Part shown: piece after piece, positions 1-9,973 of the stretch
Layout of the letters: the number at the start of each line of letters is the position of its first letter
How positions within the stretch are numbered: position 1 is the first letter of the stretch
The notes under the pieces: generated by a model
The model's database searches: none
Told to the model about the DNA's origin: nothing
The model's input: the letters and a program-made list of their open reading frames with translations, nothing else
NCBI GenBank assembly: GCA_040755995.1
Contig: JBFMAF010000024.1
Span: 128,001-192,000 of the forward strand
From: Acidobacteriota bacterium
GTDB lineage: Bacteria; Acidobacteriota; CAIWXX01
DNA: 64,000 bases
Direction: 5' to 3'
Made by a program: the position numbers and the translations under genes

Positions 1-875
1 GGCACATCGAGAATCTGCTCGAGGAGCGGGTGGAGCGGGAGAGGCTGGAGCGCGAGGTCGAGATCGCGGCGGACGTGCAGGCGCAGCTTTTTCCACGCGA
101 CGTGCCGCACATGAAGACCGTCGAGATCGCGGCTGAGTGCCGGGCTGCCAGGGGCGTTGCCGGCGACTACTACGACTACGTCCAGGTCGCACGGAACGTC
201 GTTTTGTTTGCGCTGGGCGACGTGTCGGGCAAGGGCCTGTCGGCAAGTCTGGTTATGTCTAATCTTCAGGCTTCGTTTCGCGCGCAAACGACGATTATGG
301 CCGAGAAGGCCGTCGGCGCCAGGACGGCCGCCGCCGGGGGAGTCCATCCGGGATTCTCATTGGCGGAGATCCCCTTGGATGTGTCGGCGGAGGGCACTGT
401 GGCCCGGACGGTCTCCAGCATCAACAGGCAGCTGTGCCGGAGCATCGAATCGGGCCGGTACGCCACCCTATTCCTTGGGCTCTACGACGACGACACGGGC
501 GTGCTCAGGTACACAAACGCAGGTCACAATCCCGCGCTGCTGATCCGGAGCGACGGGAGTTCAGAGCGATTGGCCACGGGCGGGATGATGGTCGGCGCCT
601 TCGACTCGCTGAGCTATGAGGAATCGTCTGTGGTGCTGACCACCGGGGCGACTCTAGTGGTGTTCTCTGACGGGTTGAGCGAGGCACGGGATGCGATGGG
701 GGAGGAGTACGGCGAAGACCGCCTGGTGGCCTTCTCGGTGGCCCACCGCGAATCTGACGCCGACCGATTGCGCACGGCGATCTTCGACGAGATCGATCGG
801 TGGTCCGGTGAGCGTGAGCGAGAAGACGATCAGACCCTGGTCATTCTCAAGGCTACGCTCAGCCCCACCGCGTAG
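1..875 (+). CDS. PP2C/SpoIIE (RsbU-like) serine phosphatase, 5'-truncated by window edge
   Basis: Frame is open from the window start. Motifs VAGDYYD, GDVSGKG, TNAGHNP, FSDGLSEA and DDQT. Confidence 0.92.
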   Translation, partial: HIENLLEERVERERLEREVEIAADVQAQLFPRDVPHMKTVEIAAECRAARGVAGDYYDYVQVARNVVLFALGDVSGKGLSASLVMSNLQASFRAQTTIMAEKAVGARTAAAGGVHPGFSLAEIPLDVSAEGTVARTVSSINRQLCRSIESGRYATLFLGLYDDDTGVLRYTNAGHNPALLIRSDGSSERLATGGMMVGAFDSLSYEESSVVLTTGATLVVFSDGLSEARDAMGEEYGEDRLVAFSVAHRESDADRLRTAIFDEIDRWSGEREREDDQTLVILKATLSPTA

Positions 876-1081
876 AGAGTGGAGAGTGGTAGGGGCGGGC
901 TGCTTCGGAACTTGACTCGACGGCAGTAACTTTTTCGCCGCGATCCGTTCTTAGAGGGCGACACAAGTCGCGCTGTATAGCGAGGCACGGCCTCTGGCAG
1001 GCGCGGTCCTTGGACTTACCGCCTGGACCGGGCTTTCATTTCTCGCGATACTGCGGTACCTTTAGTCAGGCCCAGGGTGAA

Positions 1082-4039
1082 ATGAACCAACGAGTTCGTC
1101 GCGTCTTGCTGCTCTCAAGCCTGAATCTCGTCCTCATGGCGACGGCCGTCGCGGCCCTCGACGCCGGGCGCGCCATGACGCAATACGTCATCGACCTCTG
1201 GCAGGAAGAAAACGGGCTGCCGCAGAATTCGATTCAAGCCATCGTTCAGACGAAAGACGGGTACGTATGGTTGGGCACGCAGGAGGGGCTCGTGCGATTC
1301 GATGGCGTGCGCTTCGTCGTGTTCGACCGGAGCAATACGCCGGAACTGAAAAGCAACGACGTCCGGACCATGTTCGAGGCCTCTAACGGCAGCCTGTGGA
1401 TCGGCACGATGAACGGCCTTGCCCGATTCCAGGGGGGCATGATGCGTGCGATCGAAGGAGTCACCCACGTGTCCAGCGAAACCATCTACTCGATCATGGA
1501 GGACAGCCGGGGCGTGCTGTGGGTCGGCACGGAGGAAGCTCTCACTCGGCTCGAAGGGGGCCGCTGGACCTCGTTCACGACTGCCAACGGTCTCCTCGGC
1601 CAACCCGTTCAGGCTCTTTGCGAAGACAAGGAGGGCCACCTTTGGATTGGCACCCTGAGGGGCTTGAGCTGCATGAAGGATGGCAGGTTCGTTGCGTATT
1701 CGGCTGACGATGGTCTGGTGGGCGAGAGCATGCGCACGATCAAGATCGATACGACCGGGCGGGTGTGGGTGGGGACGGAACTGGGTTTGAACGTCTACAC
1801 GGCGGGCAGCTTCGAGCTCATCGAGAGTCGGGGAGGGCCGTCGACGGCCGACGTCTGGGAGATGTGCTTCGATCGGGAAGGCACGCTCTGGGTCGCCACA
1901 TACGGCCACGGGTTGGTGCGGATTCGCGAAGGCAACTTCAGCGTCCTGACGCGGGCTGACGGCCTGGCCAACGATCTCCTCATGTCCGTCTGCGAGGATC
2001 GGGAAGGAAGCCTGTGGATCGGCACAGACGGCAGCGGTTTGAACAGGTTGAAGGATGGCAGGTTCGCTACTCTGACCACCAGGGAAGGACTCGCCTACGA
2101 CCTCGTTTCGGTGGTTCTGGAGGACACAACCGGCAATGTGTGGATCGGGACAGATGGCGGCGGCCTCGACCGTTGGAAAGAGGGCGTGGTAAGGAACTTC
2201 TCCAAGCGCGACGGTCTGCCGGACGACCTGATCAGCGCCCTCTACCAGGATCGTCAGGGCGACCTCTGGATCGGCACGAACGGGAGCGGTCTGTGCAGGA
2301 AGCGGGGCGATCGTCTCACCGTCTATACGAAGAAAGACGGACTCGACGGAAGCAGCATCTTCTCCCTGTGCGAGGATACGGAAGGCACCCTCTGGATCGG
2401 CACCACGCGAGGACTGAACTCCATGATAGACGGCCGGATCAGCGCGGTGAAGGTCACGGCCCAGAGCGATGCTATCCGCACGTTGCTGGTCGATCACACA
2501 GGTGCGATCTGGATCGGCACCGACATCTCCGGTCTGATCCGCTATTACCACGGAGCGCTCACGACCTACACCACGCAGCAAGGTCTATCCAGCAATTCCA
2601 TAATGACCACATACGAGGACACCGATGGGACTCTGTGGGTGGGCACCTATGGCGGCGGTCTGATGCGCTTGAATGGAGGCCAGATCACGCCGATTACATC
2701 ACGCGATGGGCTCTTCGACGACGTCGTGCTCCAGATCCTCGAGGATGCCAAGGGATTTCTGTGGATGAGCAGCAACAAGGGGATCTTCGTCGTACCCAAG
2801 CGACAACTCAACGATTTCGCCGCGCGGCGCGCCGTGCGGGTTTCATGCGTGTCGTACGGCCGGAGCGATGGGATGAAGAGCAGAGAGTGCAACGGTGGAG
2901 CGCAGCCGGCGGGGTGCAAGACGAAAGATGGACGACTGTGGTTCCCGACCGTCAAGGGTATCGTCATCGTCGATCCGCAGGAATTGCGGCACAACGGACT
3001 TCCTCCGCCCGTCTACATCGAGTCCGCCCTGATCGACGGCCAGTCGTACGAACCGCGCACGGCCGTGGACCTTCCTCCCGGACGGGAGAGATTCGATTTC
3101 CAGTACACGGCGCTGAGCTTCCTGCAGCCAGAGAGGGTCAGATTCAGGTACCGGCTGGTGGGATTCGACAGGGACTGGGTCGAAGCCCAAGCTCGCCGGC
3201 AGGCCTACTACACCAACATCCCGCCGGGCAAGTACGTCTTCCGGGTCGTCGCCTGCAACAACGATGGTGTATGGAACGAGGAGGGCGCTCGCTTCGAGTT
3301 CTACCTGGCCCCGCGCTTCTACCGCACGCATTGGTTCTACGCCCTGGCCGTCTTGTCCGTGGCACTGGTGACAACCGGCGCCTACCGGCTGCGAATGAGC
3401 CGAATGGAGGCGAGACAGTCTGAACTGGAGCGCCAGGTGGAACAGCGAACCGCAGAGCTGATGAAGGCGAATCAGATGCTCGAAGAGAGATCGATCCAGC
3501 TGGAACAGGCCAACGCGACTTTGCAACGGTTGTCGTATCGCGATCCCCTCACCGGCATCGCCAACCGGCGCCACTTCGACGAGGTGCTCCAGGTGGAGTG
3601 GAATCGAGCCCACCGCGGCAAGACCCCGATCTCGATCCTGATGGTCGACGTGGACTTCTTCAAGGCCTACAACGACGCCGAGGGCCATCAGCGCGGCGAC
3701 CACTGCCTGCAAGAGGTGGCCCGCCTGCTGAGCGGCGGTGTGCGGCGCGCCGGCGACCTGGTGGCGCGGTACGGAGGCGAGGAGTTCGTCGTGATACTGC
3801 CCGGGACAAACGAGAAACGCGCCACCCTCCTCGCCGACATGCTCCGCAAGGCCATCGAAAAGGACGCGATCCCGCACCCGACCTCCTCCATCAGCCCCTG
3901 GGTCACTATCAGCATCGGGGTCGCCAGCGTCATCCCGGTCAACCAATACTCGCCCGCCGACCTGGTCGGCGCCGCCGATCAGGCTCTCTACCGCGCCAAG
4001 CACGACGGCAGGAACTGCGTGGCTTCCACTGCGCTGTAG
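1082..4039 (+). CDS. Diguanylate cyclase with periplasmic two-component-regulator propeller and YYY domains
   Basis: Signal peptide from ATG 1082, repeated ED.EG.LWIGT blades, YTNIPPGKY (YYY), one TM, coiled coil, then GGEEF with an RAGD I-site. Confidence 0.92.
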   Translation: MNQRVRRVLLLSSLNLVLMATAVAALDAGRAMTQYVIDLWQEENGLPQNSIQAIVQTKDGYVWLGTQEGLVRFDGVRFVVFDRSNTPELKSNDVRTMFEASNGSLWIGTMNGLARFQGGMMRAIEGVTHVSSETIYSIMEDSRGVLWVGTEEALTRLEGGRWTSFTTANGLLGQPVQALCEDKEGHLWIGTLRGLSCMKDGRFVAYSADDGLVGESMRTIKIDTTGRVWVGTELGLNVYTAGSFELIESRGGPSTADVWEMCFDREGTLWVATYGHGLVRIREGNFSVLTRADGLANDLLMSVCEDREGSLWIGTDGSGLNRLKDGRFATLTTREGLAYDLVSVVLEDTTGNVWIGTDGGGLDRWKEGVVRNFSKRDGLPDDLISALYQDRQGDLWIGTNGSGLCRKRGDRLTVYTKKDGLDGSSIFSLCEDTEGTLWIGTTRGLNSMIDGRISAVKVTAQSDAIRTLLVDHTGAIWIGTDISGLIRYYHGALTTYTTQQGLSSNSIMTTYEDTDGTLWVGTYGGGLMRLNGGQITPITSRDGLFDDVVLQILEDAKGFLWMSSNKGIFVVPKRQLNDFAARRAVRVSCVSYGRSDGMKSRECNGGAQPAGCKTKDGRLWFPTVKGIVIVDPQELRHNGLPPPVYIESALIDGQSYEPRTAVDLPPGRERFDFQYTALSFLQPERVRFRYRLVGFDRDWVEAQARRQAYYTNIPPGKYVFRVVACNNDGVWNEEGARFEFYLAPRFYRTHWFYALAVLSVALVTTGAYRLRMSRMEARQSELERQVEQRTAELMKANQMLEERSIQLEQANATLQRLSYRDPLTGIANRRHFDEVLQVEWNRAHRGKTPISILMVDVDFFKAYNDAEGHQRGDHCLQEVARLLSGGVRRAGDLVARYGGEEFVVILPGTNEKRATLLADMLRKAIEKDAIPHPTSSISPWVTISIGVASVIPVNQYSPADLVGAADQALYRAKHDGRNCVASTAL

Positions 4040-4110
4040 CCACAGTCAGCGCCGCGCCGGCTTCCAGCATGGCCTCTGCGGCCCGGTCAGGCGTCGTCGC
4101 GCTCAGTCAC

Positions 4111-4311
4111 TCACGCAGCGTGCTTCCGAGCAGCGGCCCGCATGCTCTGGATTCGCTGCATGGCCTCATCGTCAAAGAAACGCGACCCACACGCGCGGCA
4201 CCTGAAGTGGCGCAGCCGCCTGACGCACAGGCCGTCCTGCAATCGACAATCCTCGATCGTATCGACCAACAAGCCGGCGCCGCACTCGGGGCACGGTAGC
4301 GCCTCAGACAT
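4111..4311 (-). CDS. YgiT/MqsA-type zinc-finger protein, putative antitoxin (66 aa)
   Basis: CPECG...CRACGSRFF. Its ATG overlaps the stop of the upstream gene (ATGTCTGA). Confidence 0.7.
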   Translation of the reverse strand: MSEALPCPECGAGLLVDTIEDCRLQDGLCVRRLRHFRCRACGSRFFDDEAMQRIQSMRAAARKHAA

Positions 4312-4615
4312 CCGTGCTCTTCTTCGATGAGACGAGGACATAGAAGACATCAATCCCTTCCTTCGCCAGGATCTCACCCTTCGTATATACAGCGAGACCG
4401 TCGAATGTCAAGCCCTTGATCACGTACAGCTTCTCGGCCATCCCGCTGCGGGGATTGCGTGATCGAAGAGTCTTGAAGATCGCCGGTGCGTTCAGAATCG
4501 ACTCGTATACCAACTCCGGGGTGAGTGCGTCCGCAGCCATCTCAATTTCCGCCTTCTCCGTGAACAGTACTCTTCGCGCAATCACCAGCCTCTTGATCCG
4601 TACCAGAAGGTCCAT
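4304..4615 (-). CDS. DUF4258/MqsR-like putative toxin
   Basis: 103 aa with a LFTEKAEIEM segment, coupled upstream of the zinc-finger gene as in toxin-first type II pairs. Confidence 0.6.
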   Translation of the reverse strand: MDLLVRIKRLVIARRVLFTEKAEIEMAADALTPELVYESILNAPAIFKTLRSRNPRSGMAEKLYVIKGLTFDGLAVYTKGEILAKEGIDVFYVLVSSKKSTDV

Positions 4616-4774
4616 CGGTGATCCTCATCTCTATGCTACGACAACGCCGAACGCGGTTCAAATGCCTGATCCGCGGGCAACCCCCGGTAGACGGAGGGAC
4701 CGGTTCGGCGGCGGGGCGCATTGTGTCGAGCGATACGATTCCCGCGGCGACGGAATGGTCTATAATTGGGCTCT

Positions 4775-6736
4775 ATGAGTAGCTGGATGATGCCTCGCCG
4801 GCTGATGACGATCCTGCTGGTGGTCCTCGCTGTCCTCGGTGCATGCGCGCTCGCCGTGGTGACGCGATTGCTGCCCACAGGCGAGAGGGTCAACGGGCTC
4901 TGGCTGGTGGTTGCCGCTGGATGCCTGTTCGTCGTCGCGTACCGCACGTACGGCGCGTTCATGGCCGCGAAAGTCCTGGCGCTGGATGACCGCCGGATTA
5001 CACCGGCTCGACGAGTGGCCGACGGACGCGACTACCACGCGACGAACAAGTGGGTGCTCTTCGGCCACCATTTCGCGGCGATCGCGGGCGCGGGTCCCCT
5101 GATCGGGCCCGTACTGGCAGCTCAGTTCGGTTATCTGCCCGGTTTTCTTTGGATACTCATCGGCGCGGTCTTCGCCGGCGCCGTGCACGACTTCGTCGTG
5201 CTCGTGGCCAGCGTGCGGCGGAACGGTTGCTCGCTGGCGGAAATCGCACGCACAGAGGTCGGGCCCGTCTCGGGCTTCGCAGGCTCCATCGCCGTCATCT
5301 TCATCATCATCGTTACCCTGGCCGGCCTCGGACTGGCGGTCGTGAACGCTCTGGCCGAGTCGGCATGGGGGACGTTCATCATCGGGATGAGCATCCCGAT
5401 CGCCTTGTTGATGGGGCAGTATCTATGCAGGATCCGGCTGGGGAAAGTCGGCGAAACGACCGTACTGGGCGTCGCACTGCTCCTGGCGGCCGTCTTCTTC
5501 GGGCATTACGTCCCCGGATCGTGGGCGGAGCCCTTCTTCCATCTGTCCCGCAACGGCGTCAACATCGCGATGGTGATCTACGGATTCGGGGCCAGCGTGT
5601 TGCCCGTCTGGATGCTGCTCTGTCCGCGCGACTACCTCTCCACGTACATGAAGGTCGGGACGGTCGTGTTTCTGGCCATCGGCACCATCCTGCTCGCGCC
5701 TCAAATCCGCATGCCGGCGGTGACGGTGTTCGCAGATGGCGACGGGCCGGTCCTCCCGGGGAGTATCTTTCCGTTCATGTTCATCACGATTGCCTGCGGC
5801 GCCATCTCGGGCTTCCACTCGCTCATCTCGAGCGGCACGACGCCCAAGATGGTCTCGAACGAGAGCGAGACCCACGCCATCGGATTCGGAGCGATGCTTC
5901 TGGAGGGGTTCGTGGCGGTGATGGCTCTTGTCGCCGCGAGCATTCTGATACCGGGCGACTACTTCGCCATCAACTCCGACCTTCCTTTCGACAGGCTCGC
6001 TGCATTGGGCTTCCCAGTGAGCCGCGTCGACGAGCTCTCGCGCCTGGTGGGCACCAACGTCGCGCACCGCCCGGGGGGCGCGGTCTCGCTCGCCGTCGGC
6101 ATGGCAAGCATCTTCTCGTCGCTGCCGGGGATGCGTGGGCTCATGGCCTACTGGTACAACTTCGCGCTGATGTTCGAAGCGCTGTTCATCTTGACCACCG
6201 TCGATACCGGAACACGGGTCGCGCGTTTCCTTCTGCAGGAGCTCGGCGGCAGTGTCTACAAGCCGCTGAAGCGGCACGCCTGGATGCCGGGCACTCTCTT
6301 GACGAGCGGAATCGTCGTCGCCGCGTGGGGATACCTCATCCACTCGGGCAGCATCAAGACCATATGGCCCATGTTCGGGATCGCGAACCAGCTTCTCGCG
6401 ACTCTCGGCCTCTCGGTCGGCACTACGGTCCTCATCAAGATGGGCAAGCCCCGGTACGCGGTCACCACCTTCGTCCCGATGCTCTTCATGGTGGCGACCA
6501 CCTTCACCGCAGCCATCCAGCTCATCGAGCGTTTCCTCCGATATGCCGCCGACCCGGCCAAGGCGGCCATGTCGTTCACACACAGACTCGACGCCATGCT
6601 CGTCGCCGGAATGCTCCTTCTTGCCGTCACCATCCTCCTGGACTCATTCTACAAGTGGTACGGGTTCCTCACCGGACGCCGGCGTATAGTCCTGAGGGAG
6701 TACACGCCGGGAGCAGCGGCGGTCAGAGAAGAGTAG
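4775..6736 (+). CDS. cstA: Carbon starvation protein A (CstA/BtsT-type transporter)
   Basis: DGRDY..T.KWVLFGHHFAAIAGAGPLIGP, CPRDYLSTYMK, IACGAISGFH and IWPMFGIANQLLA. Confidence 0.95.
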   Translation: MSSWMMPRRLMTILLVVLAVLGACALAVVTRLLPTGERVNGLWLVVAAGCLFVVAYRTYGAFMAAKVLALDDRRITPARRVADGRDYHATNKWVLFGHHFAAIAGAGPLIGPVLAAQFGYLPGFLWILIGAVFAGAVHDFVVLVASVRRNGCSLAEIARTEVGPVSGFAGSIAVIFIIIVTLAGLGLAVVNALAESAWGTFIIGMSIPIALLMGQYLCRIRLGKVGETTVLGVALLLAAVFFGHYVPGSWAEPFFHLSRNGVNIAMVIYGFGASVLPVWMLLCPRDYLSTYMKVGTVVFLAIGTILLAPQIRMPAVTVFADGDGPVLPGSIFPFMFITIACGAISGFHSLISSGTTPKMVSNESETHAIGFGAMLLEGFVAVMALVAASILIPGDYFAINSDLPFDRLAALGFPVSRVDELSRLVGTNVAHRPGGAVSLAVGMASIFSSLPGMRGLMAYWYNFALMFEALFILTTVDTGTRVARFLLQELGGSVYKPLKRHAWMPGTLLTSGIVVAAWGYLIHSGSIKTIWPMFGIANQLLATLGLSVGTTVLIKMGKPRYAVTTFVPMLFMVATTFTAAIQLIERFLRYAADPAKAAMSFTHRLDAMLVAGMLLLAVTILLDSFYKWYGFLTGRRRIVLREYTPGAAAVREE

Positions 6737-6751
6737 AGAGTGGAGTCCAGG

Positions 6752-7441
6752 ATGAGAGTCAAGGTGCTGTTGGTCGAAGACGAGGAACTGATCGGCGAGA
6801 TGATTCGGATCAACCTCGAAGCGGACGAAGGATACGAAGTGGCTTGGGCAAAGGACGGGGAAACCGCGTTGCGCCTGGCCGAGGACGAGCGCTTCGACAT
6901 CATCATCCTCGACGTCATGCTTCCGGGAGCCGATGGCATCCAGGTCACACGCACGCTCCGCAAGCGCGGCGTCGGTACGCCGATCCTCATGCTCACTGCG
7001 CGCAGCGACACGCCGACGAAGGTACAGGGGCTCGATACCGGCGCCGATGACTACCTGACAAAGCCGTTCGACCTGCCTGAGCTGCTGGCGCGCGTGCGCG
7101 CGGCGATCCGGAGGAGCCAGGCGTCGCGCGAGGTTCCATCGGACGCTGTGCTGCGCTTCGGCCGATACGAGGTCAATCTCAGGACCGGCACGGCTCAGAC
7201 CAACGAGGGCGAAGTGATACTCACGGAGAAGGAACGGGCGTTGATCGAGCTGTTCTGGCGTCACCAGGGAGAGGTGCTGACGCGCGCAGACATCCTGGAT
7301 GAAGTCTGGGGGATGGATGTGTCTCCGACAGAGCGCACAGTCGACAACTTCCTGCTCCGCTACCGCAAGTTGTTCGATGACCCCGAACAGCCGGTCCATT
7401 TCCAGACGGCCCGAAGCCGCGGATACCGCTTCATCCCATGA
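6752..7441 (+). CDS. OmpR/PhoB-family response regulator
   Basis: REC domain (VEDE, LDVMLPG, GADDYLTKPF) plus winged helix (ERTVDN...GYRF). Confidence 0.93.
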   Translation: MRVKVLLVEDEELIGEMIRINLEADEGYEVAWAKDGETALRLAEDERFDIIILDVMLPGADGIQVTRTLRKRGVGTPILMLTARSDTPTKVQGLDTGADDYLTKPFDLPELLARVRAAIRRSQASREVPSDAVLRFGRYEVNLRTGTAQTNEGEVILTEKERALIELFWRHQGEVLTRADILDEVWGMDVSPTERTVDNFLLRYRKLFDDPEQPVHFQTARSRGYRFIP

Positions 7442-7476
7442 TGTCCGTGTGCTTGTGGGAGATGGTCCTGCGGTTG

Positions 7477-7565
7477 CGCCGCCCCTCCGGGCTTGCCGAT
7501 ATCGTGTGCACCGGAACCCAGGGCCCACGCCCTGGGCTATCGATTTCTCGCCCCCTCCGGGGCTT
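7477..7565. repeat. Bipartite REP-like palindromic element, copy 1
   Basis: GCCGCCCCTCCGGGCTTGCCGAT, a 16-nt spacer, the hairpin CCCAGGGC-ccac-GCCCTGGG, then CTAT...CGCCCCCTCCGGGGCT. A related copy lies at 40720-40813. Confidence 0.7.
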
Positions 7566-7639
7566 TCGCCAAGGCTCCCACAATGCGCAGCTATTCGTGG
7601 CCGTCTGTGTGGCCGGCAACTGACAACTGGAGGTTTTCA

Positions 7640-8608
7640 ATGGCATATCCGACGCAACGACTCCGCAGGCTCAGGATGAGCCCGCTTCTGCGAGATCTCG
7701 TACGCGAGACACACCTCAGTCGCGACGATCTCATCTATCCGCTGTTCGTATGCGAAGGTCGGAGCGTGCGGCAGGAGATCGGGTCGATGCCCGGGGTGTG
7801 CCGCCTGTCGATCGACGAGCTCACCAGGGAGGTCGAGACGGCTGCTGGCGCCGGCATCAAGGCGGTCATTCTGTTCGGGATCCCAGCCGAAAAGGACGAT
7901 GCAGGCACGTCCGGCTACAGCGAGGACGGTATCGTCCAGCGTGCACTGGCAGCCCTGAAGGAACGCCGGTTCCCCGTCGTCCTAATCACCGATGTGTGCC
8001 TGTGCGAATACACGTCGCACGGCCATTGCGGAGTCGTCCGGGATGGGATGGTGGCCAACGACGAAACCGTCAGGCTGCTGGTGCGGCAGGCGTTGTCGCA
8101 CGCCCACGCCGGCGCGGACATAGTCGCGCCGTCGGACATGATGGACGGCAGGGTTGGCGCGATCCGATCGACCCTCGACGAGAACGGCTACGAGAATGTG
8201 ACCATCCTGGCATACGCGGCCAAGTACGCGTCGGGATTCTACGGACCCTTCCGTGAGGCGGCCGGGTCGGCACCGGCCTTCGGCGATCGCAGGTCGCATC
8301 AGATGGACCCGGCGAACGTCGAGGAGGCTCTGCGAGAAGTGGCGTTGGACATCGATGAGGGCGCTGACATCGTCATGGTGAAACCTGCGTTGGCCTACCT
8401 GGATGTGATCCGCCGGGTCAAGGAGAGCTTCCAGGTGCCCGTGGCGGCGTACAATGTCAGCGGCGAGTACTCGATGGTCGAGATCGCGGCGCGCGCAGGT
8501 GCGGTGGATCACGACCGCGTGATGCTGGAGATTCTGACTTCAATCAAACGAGCCGGAGCTGATCTGATTCTGACGTACCACGCGGTCCAGGCGGCCCGAT
8601 TGTTGTAG
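7640..8608 (+). CDS. hemB: Porphobilinogen synthase (Zn-binding type)
   Basis: [42 protein letters not shown] and AYNVSGEY. Confidence 0.97.
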   Translation: MAYPTQRLRRLRMSPLLRDLVRETHLSRDDLIYPLFVCEGRSVRQEIGSMPGVCRLSIDELTREVETAAGAGIKAVILFGIPAEKDDAGTSGYSEDGIVQRALAALKERRFPVVLITDVCLCEYTSHGHCGVVRDGMVANDETVRLLVRQALSHAHAGADIVAPSDMMDGRVGAIRSTLDENGYENVTILAYAAKYASGFYGPFREAAGSAPAFGDRRSHQMDPANVEEALREVALDIDEGADIVMVKPALAYLDVIRRVKESFQVPVAAYNVSGEYSMVEIAARAGAVDHDRVMLEILTSIKRAGADLILTYHAVQAARLL

Positions 8609-8621
8609 GCAGTTGTCACAA

Positions 8622-9803
8622 CTAATCACTCAGATAGCCGGTGCGTGCTCGGACACGGACGCCCTCGCGCCCGGTCACGATGACCCTGATGTCGTGCCAT
8701 CGTCGTTTGCTCGGTGTGGGCGGGTAGCCCAGGGAGTACTGCCATCGGAGCTCTTCGGAGATCGCAGCGTAGAACTTGCTTACATCGTCGACCCTGTCGG
8801 CGAAGAACGCTCTGCCGCCCGTCTGGCGGGACCAATCGTCGAGGATCTGCCGCTGGCCGTCCTCGCTCCCAAGAAGTCCCAGCCCGACGGCATACAGCGT
8901 AGAATCTCCTTTCAGCAGGGCGTCGGTCGCATCATCGAGCGCGGCCGTGCTGTGTTCGTCTCTGCCATCCGAGAACACGACGATCACCTTTCGCCCGTGC
9001 CGCTCGTCCAGCTTCCTGCATGAGGCGATGAGGGTGTCGTAGAGGCAGGTGCCGCCGCCCGCCACGATCTTGCCGATGGATTGAACAAGGCTCGCGCGCT
9101 CGGTGGTGAAGTCGCCCAGCGGGTAGACCCCGTGATTGAAGGCGATCACCATGAGGTTGTCCTGCGGTCGGAGCGACTGGATGAACTGGATGGCGGCCTT
9201 CTTGGATTTCTCGATCCGCAGCCCGCTCAACATGCTCCGGCTCATGTCCTTCATCAAGATAAGCGAGAGAGCAGCATCCCCCTTGTAGAAATTGGTGATC
9301 TGCTTTCGGACTCCGTCCTCGTACACCTGGAAGTTGCCCAAATCGAGGTCCTTGACGAACTCCCCGTTGCTGTCGAGCACCGTGACGGAGATCTGGCGAA
9401 GCTTCACTTCGACCTCTTCGGTGCTGTCGATCCCCAGCGTATGGATCTGGGCGTCAGAGGAGCTCCCGTCCGGCCGGCTCGCCACCACCCGTATTGTCTT
9501 CCCGGACGGTTTCGCTCCCGCGTCCCAGTCAAAGAAGAACGGTGGTGTCGTGTCCACGAACATCAGCCGGCCGTCCACGTAAAAGCTCACCTTCTCGCCG
9601 CCGCTCCCGCCCAGCACGTCCGCGTTGATCCGCGTCACCCCCGCGACGACCTCTCCCTCATGCGGGCTGGTCAGCGTTACACGGAACGGTTCATCGGCCG
9701 CGGGCGCTGCGAGGTTCAGCACTGCGAGACACACTGCAATTCGCACGGCGAATCCTCCGGGCACGCGTGCCTTCCTGTACACCGAATCTCCTGAATCCAT
9801 CAT
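8622..9803 (-). CDS. Exported Ig-like plus VWA (MIDAS) domain protein
   Basis: Signal-like stretch, Ig-like domain (FYVDG...PFFFDWD), DMSRS MIDAS, SDGRD and C-terminal QYSLGYP...VRARTGY. Start is ATG 9803 or 9800. Confidence 0.85.
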   Translation of the reverse strand: MMDSGDSVYRKARVPGGFAVRIAVCLAVLNLAAPAADEPFRVTLTSPHEGEVVAGVTRINADVLGGSGGEKVSFYVDGRLMFVDTTPPFFFDWDAGAKPSGKTIRVVASRPDGSSSDAQIHTLGIDSTEEVEVKLRQISVTVLDSNGEFVKDLDLGNFQVYEDGVRKQITNFYKGDAALSLILMKDMSRSMLSGLRIEKSKKAAIQFIQSLRPQDNLMVIAFNHGVYPLGDFTTERASLVQSIGKIVAGGGTCLYDTLIASCRKLDERHGRKVIVVFSDGRDEHSTAALDDATDALLKGDSTLYAVGLGLLGSEDGQRQILDDWSRQTGGRAFFADRVDDVSKFYAAISEELRWQYSLGYPPTPSKRRWHDIRVIVTGREGVRVRARTGYLSD

Positions 9804-9973
9804 TGTCCTCCACATCGTTCCGTTCTGCGCAGGCGGCCAACTGGCACCGCCTGGCCGCAGGGTCGCTGCGATGCTCGACCGCCCGTCCACTCTCCTCTCG
9901 CAACTCTCCACTCTCTAAGCAAGGCGCTACCAGAGCGGCCTCGCATGCATCATCGGTCCGAGGCCGCGCCTCG

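Noticed and set aside
7493..7639. N-terminal extension of HemB in the ORF track
   Set aside because: It runs through the REP-like element. The GGAGG RBS supports ATG 7640.
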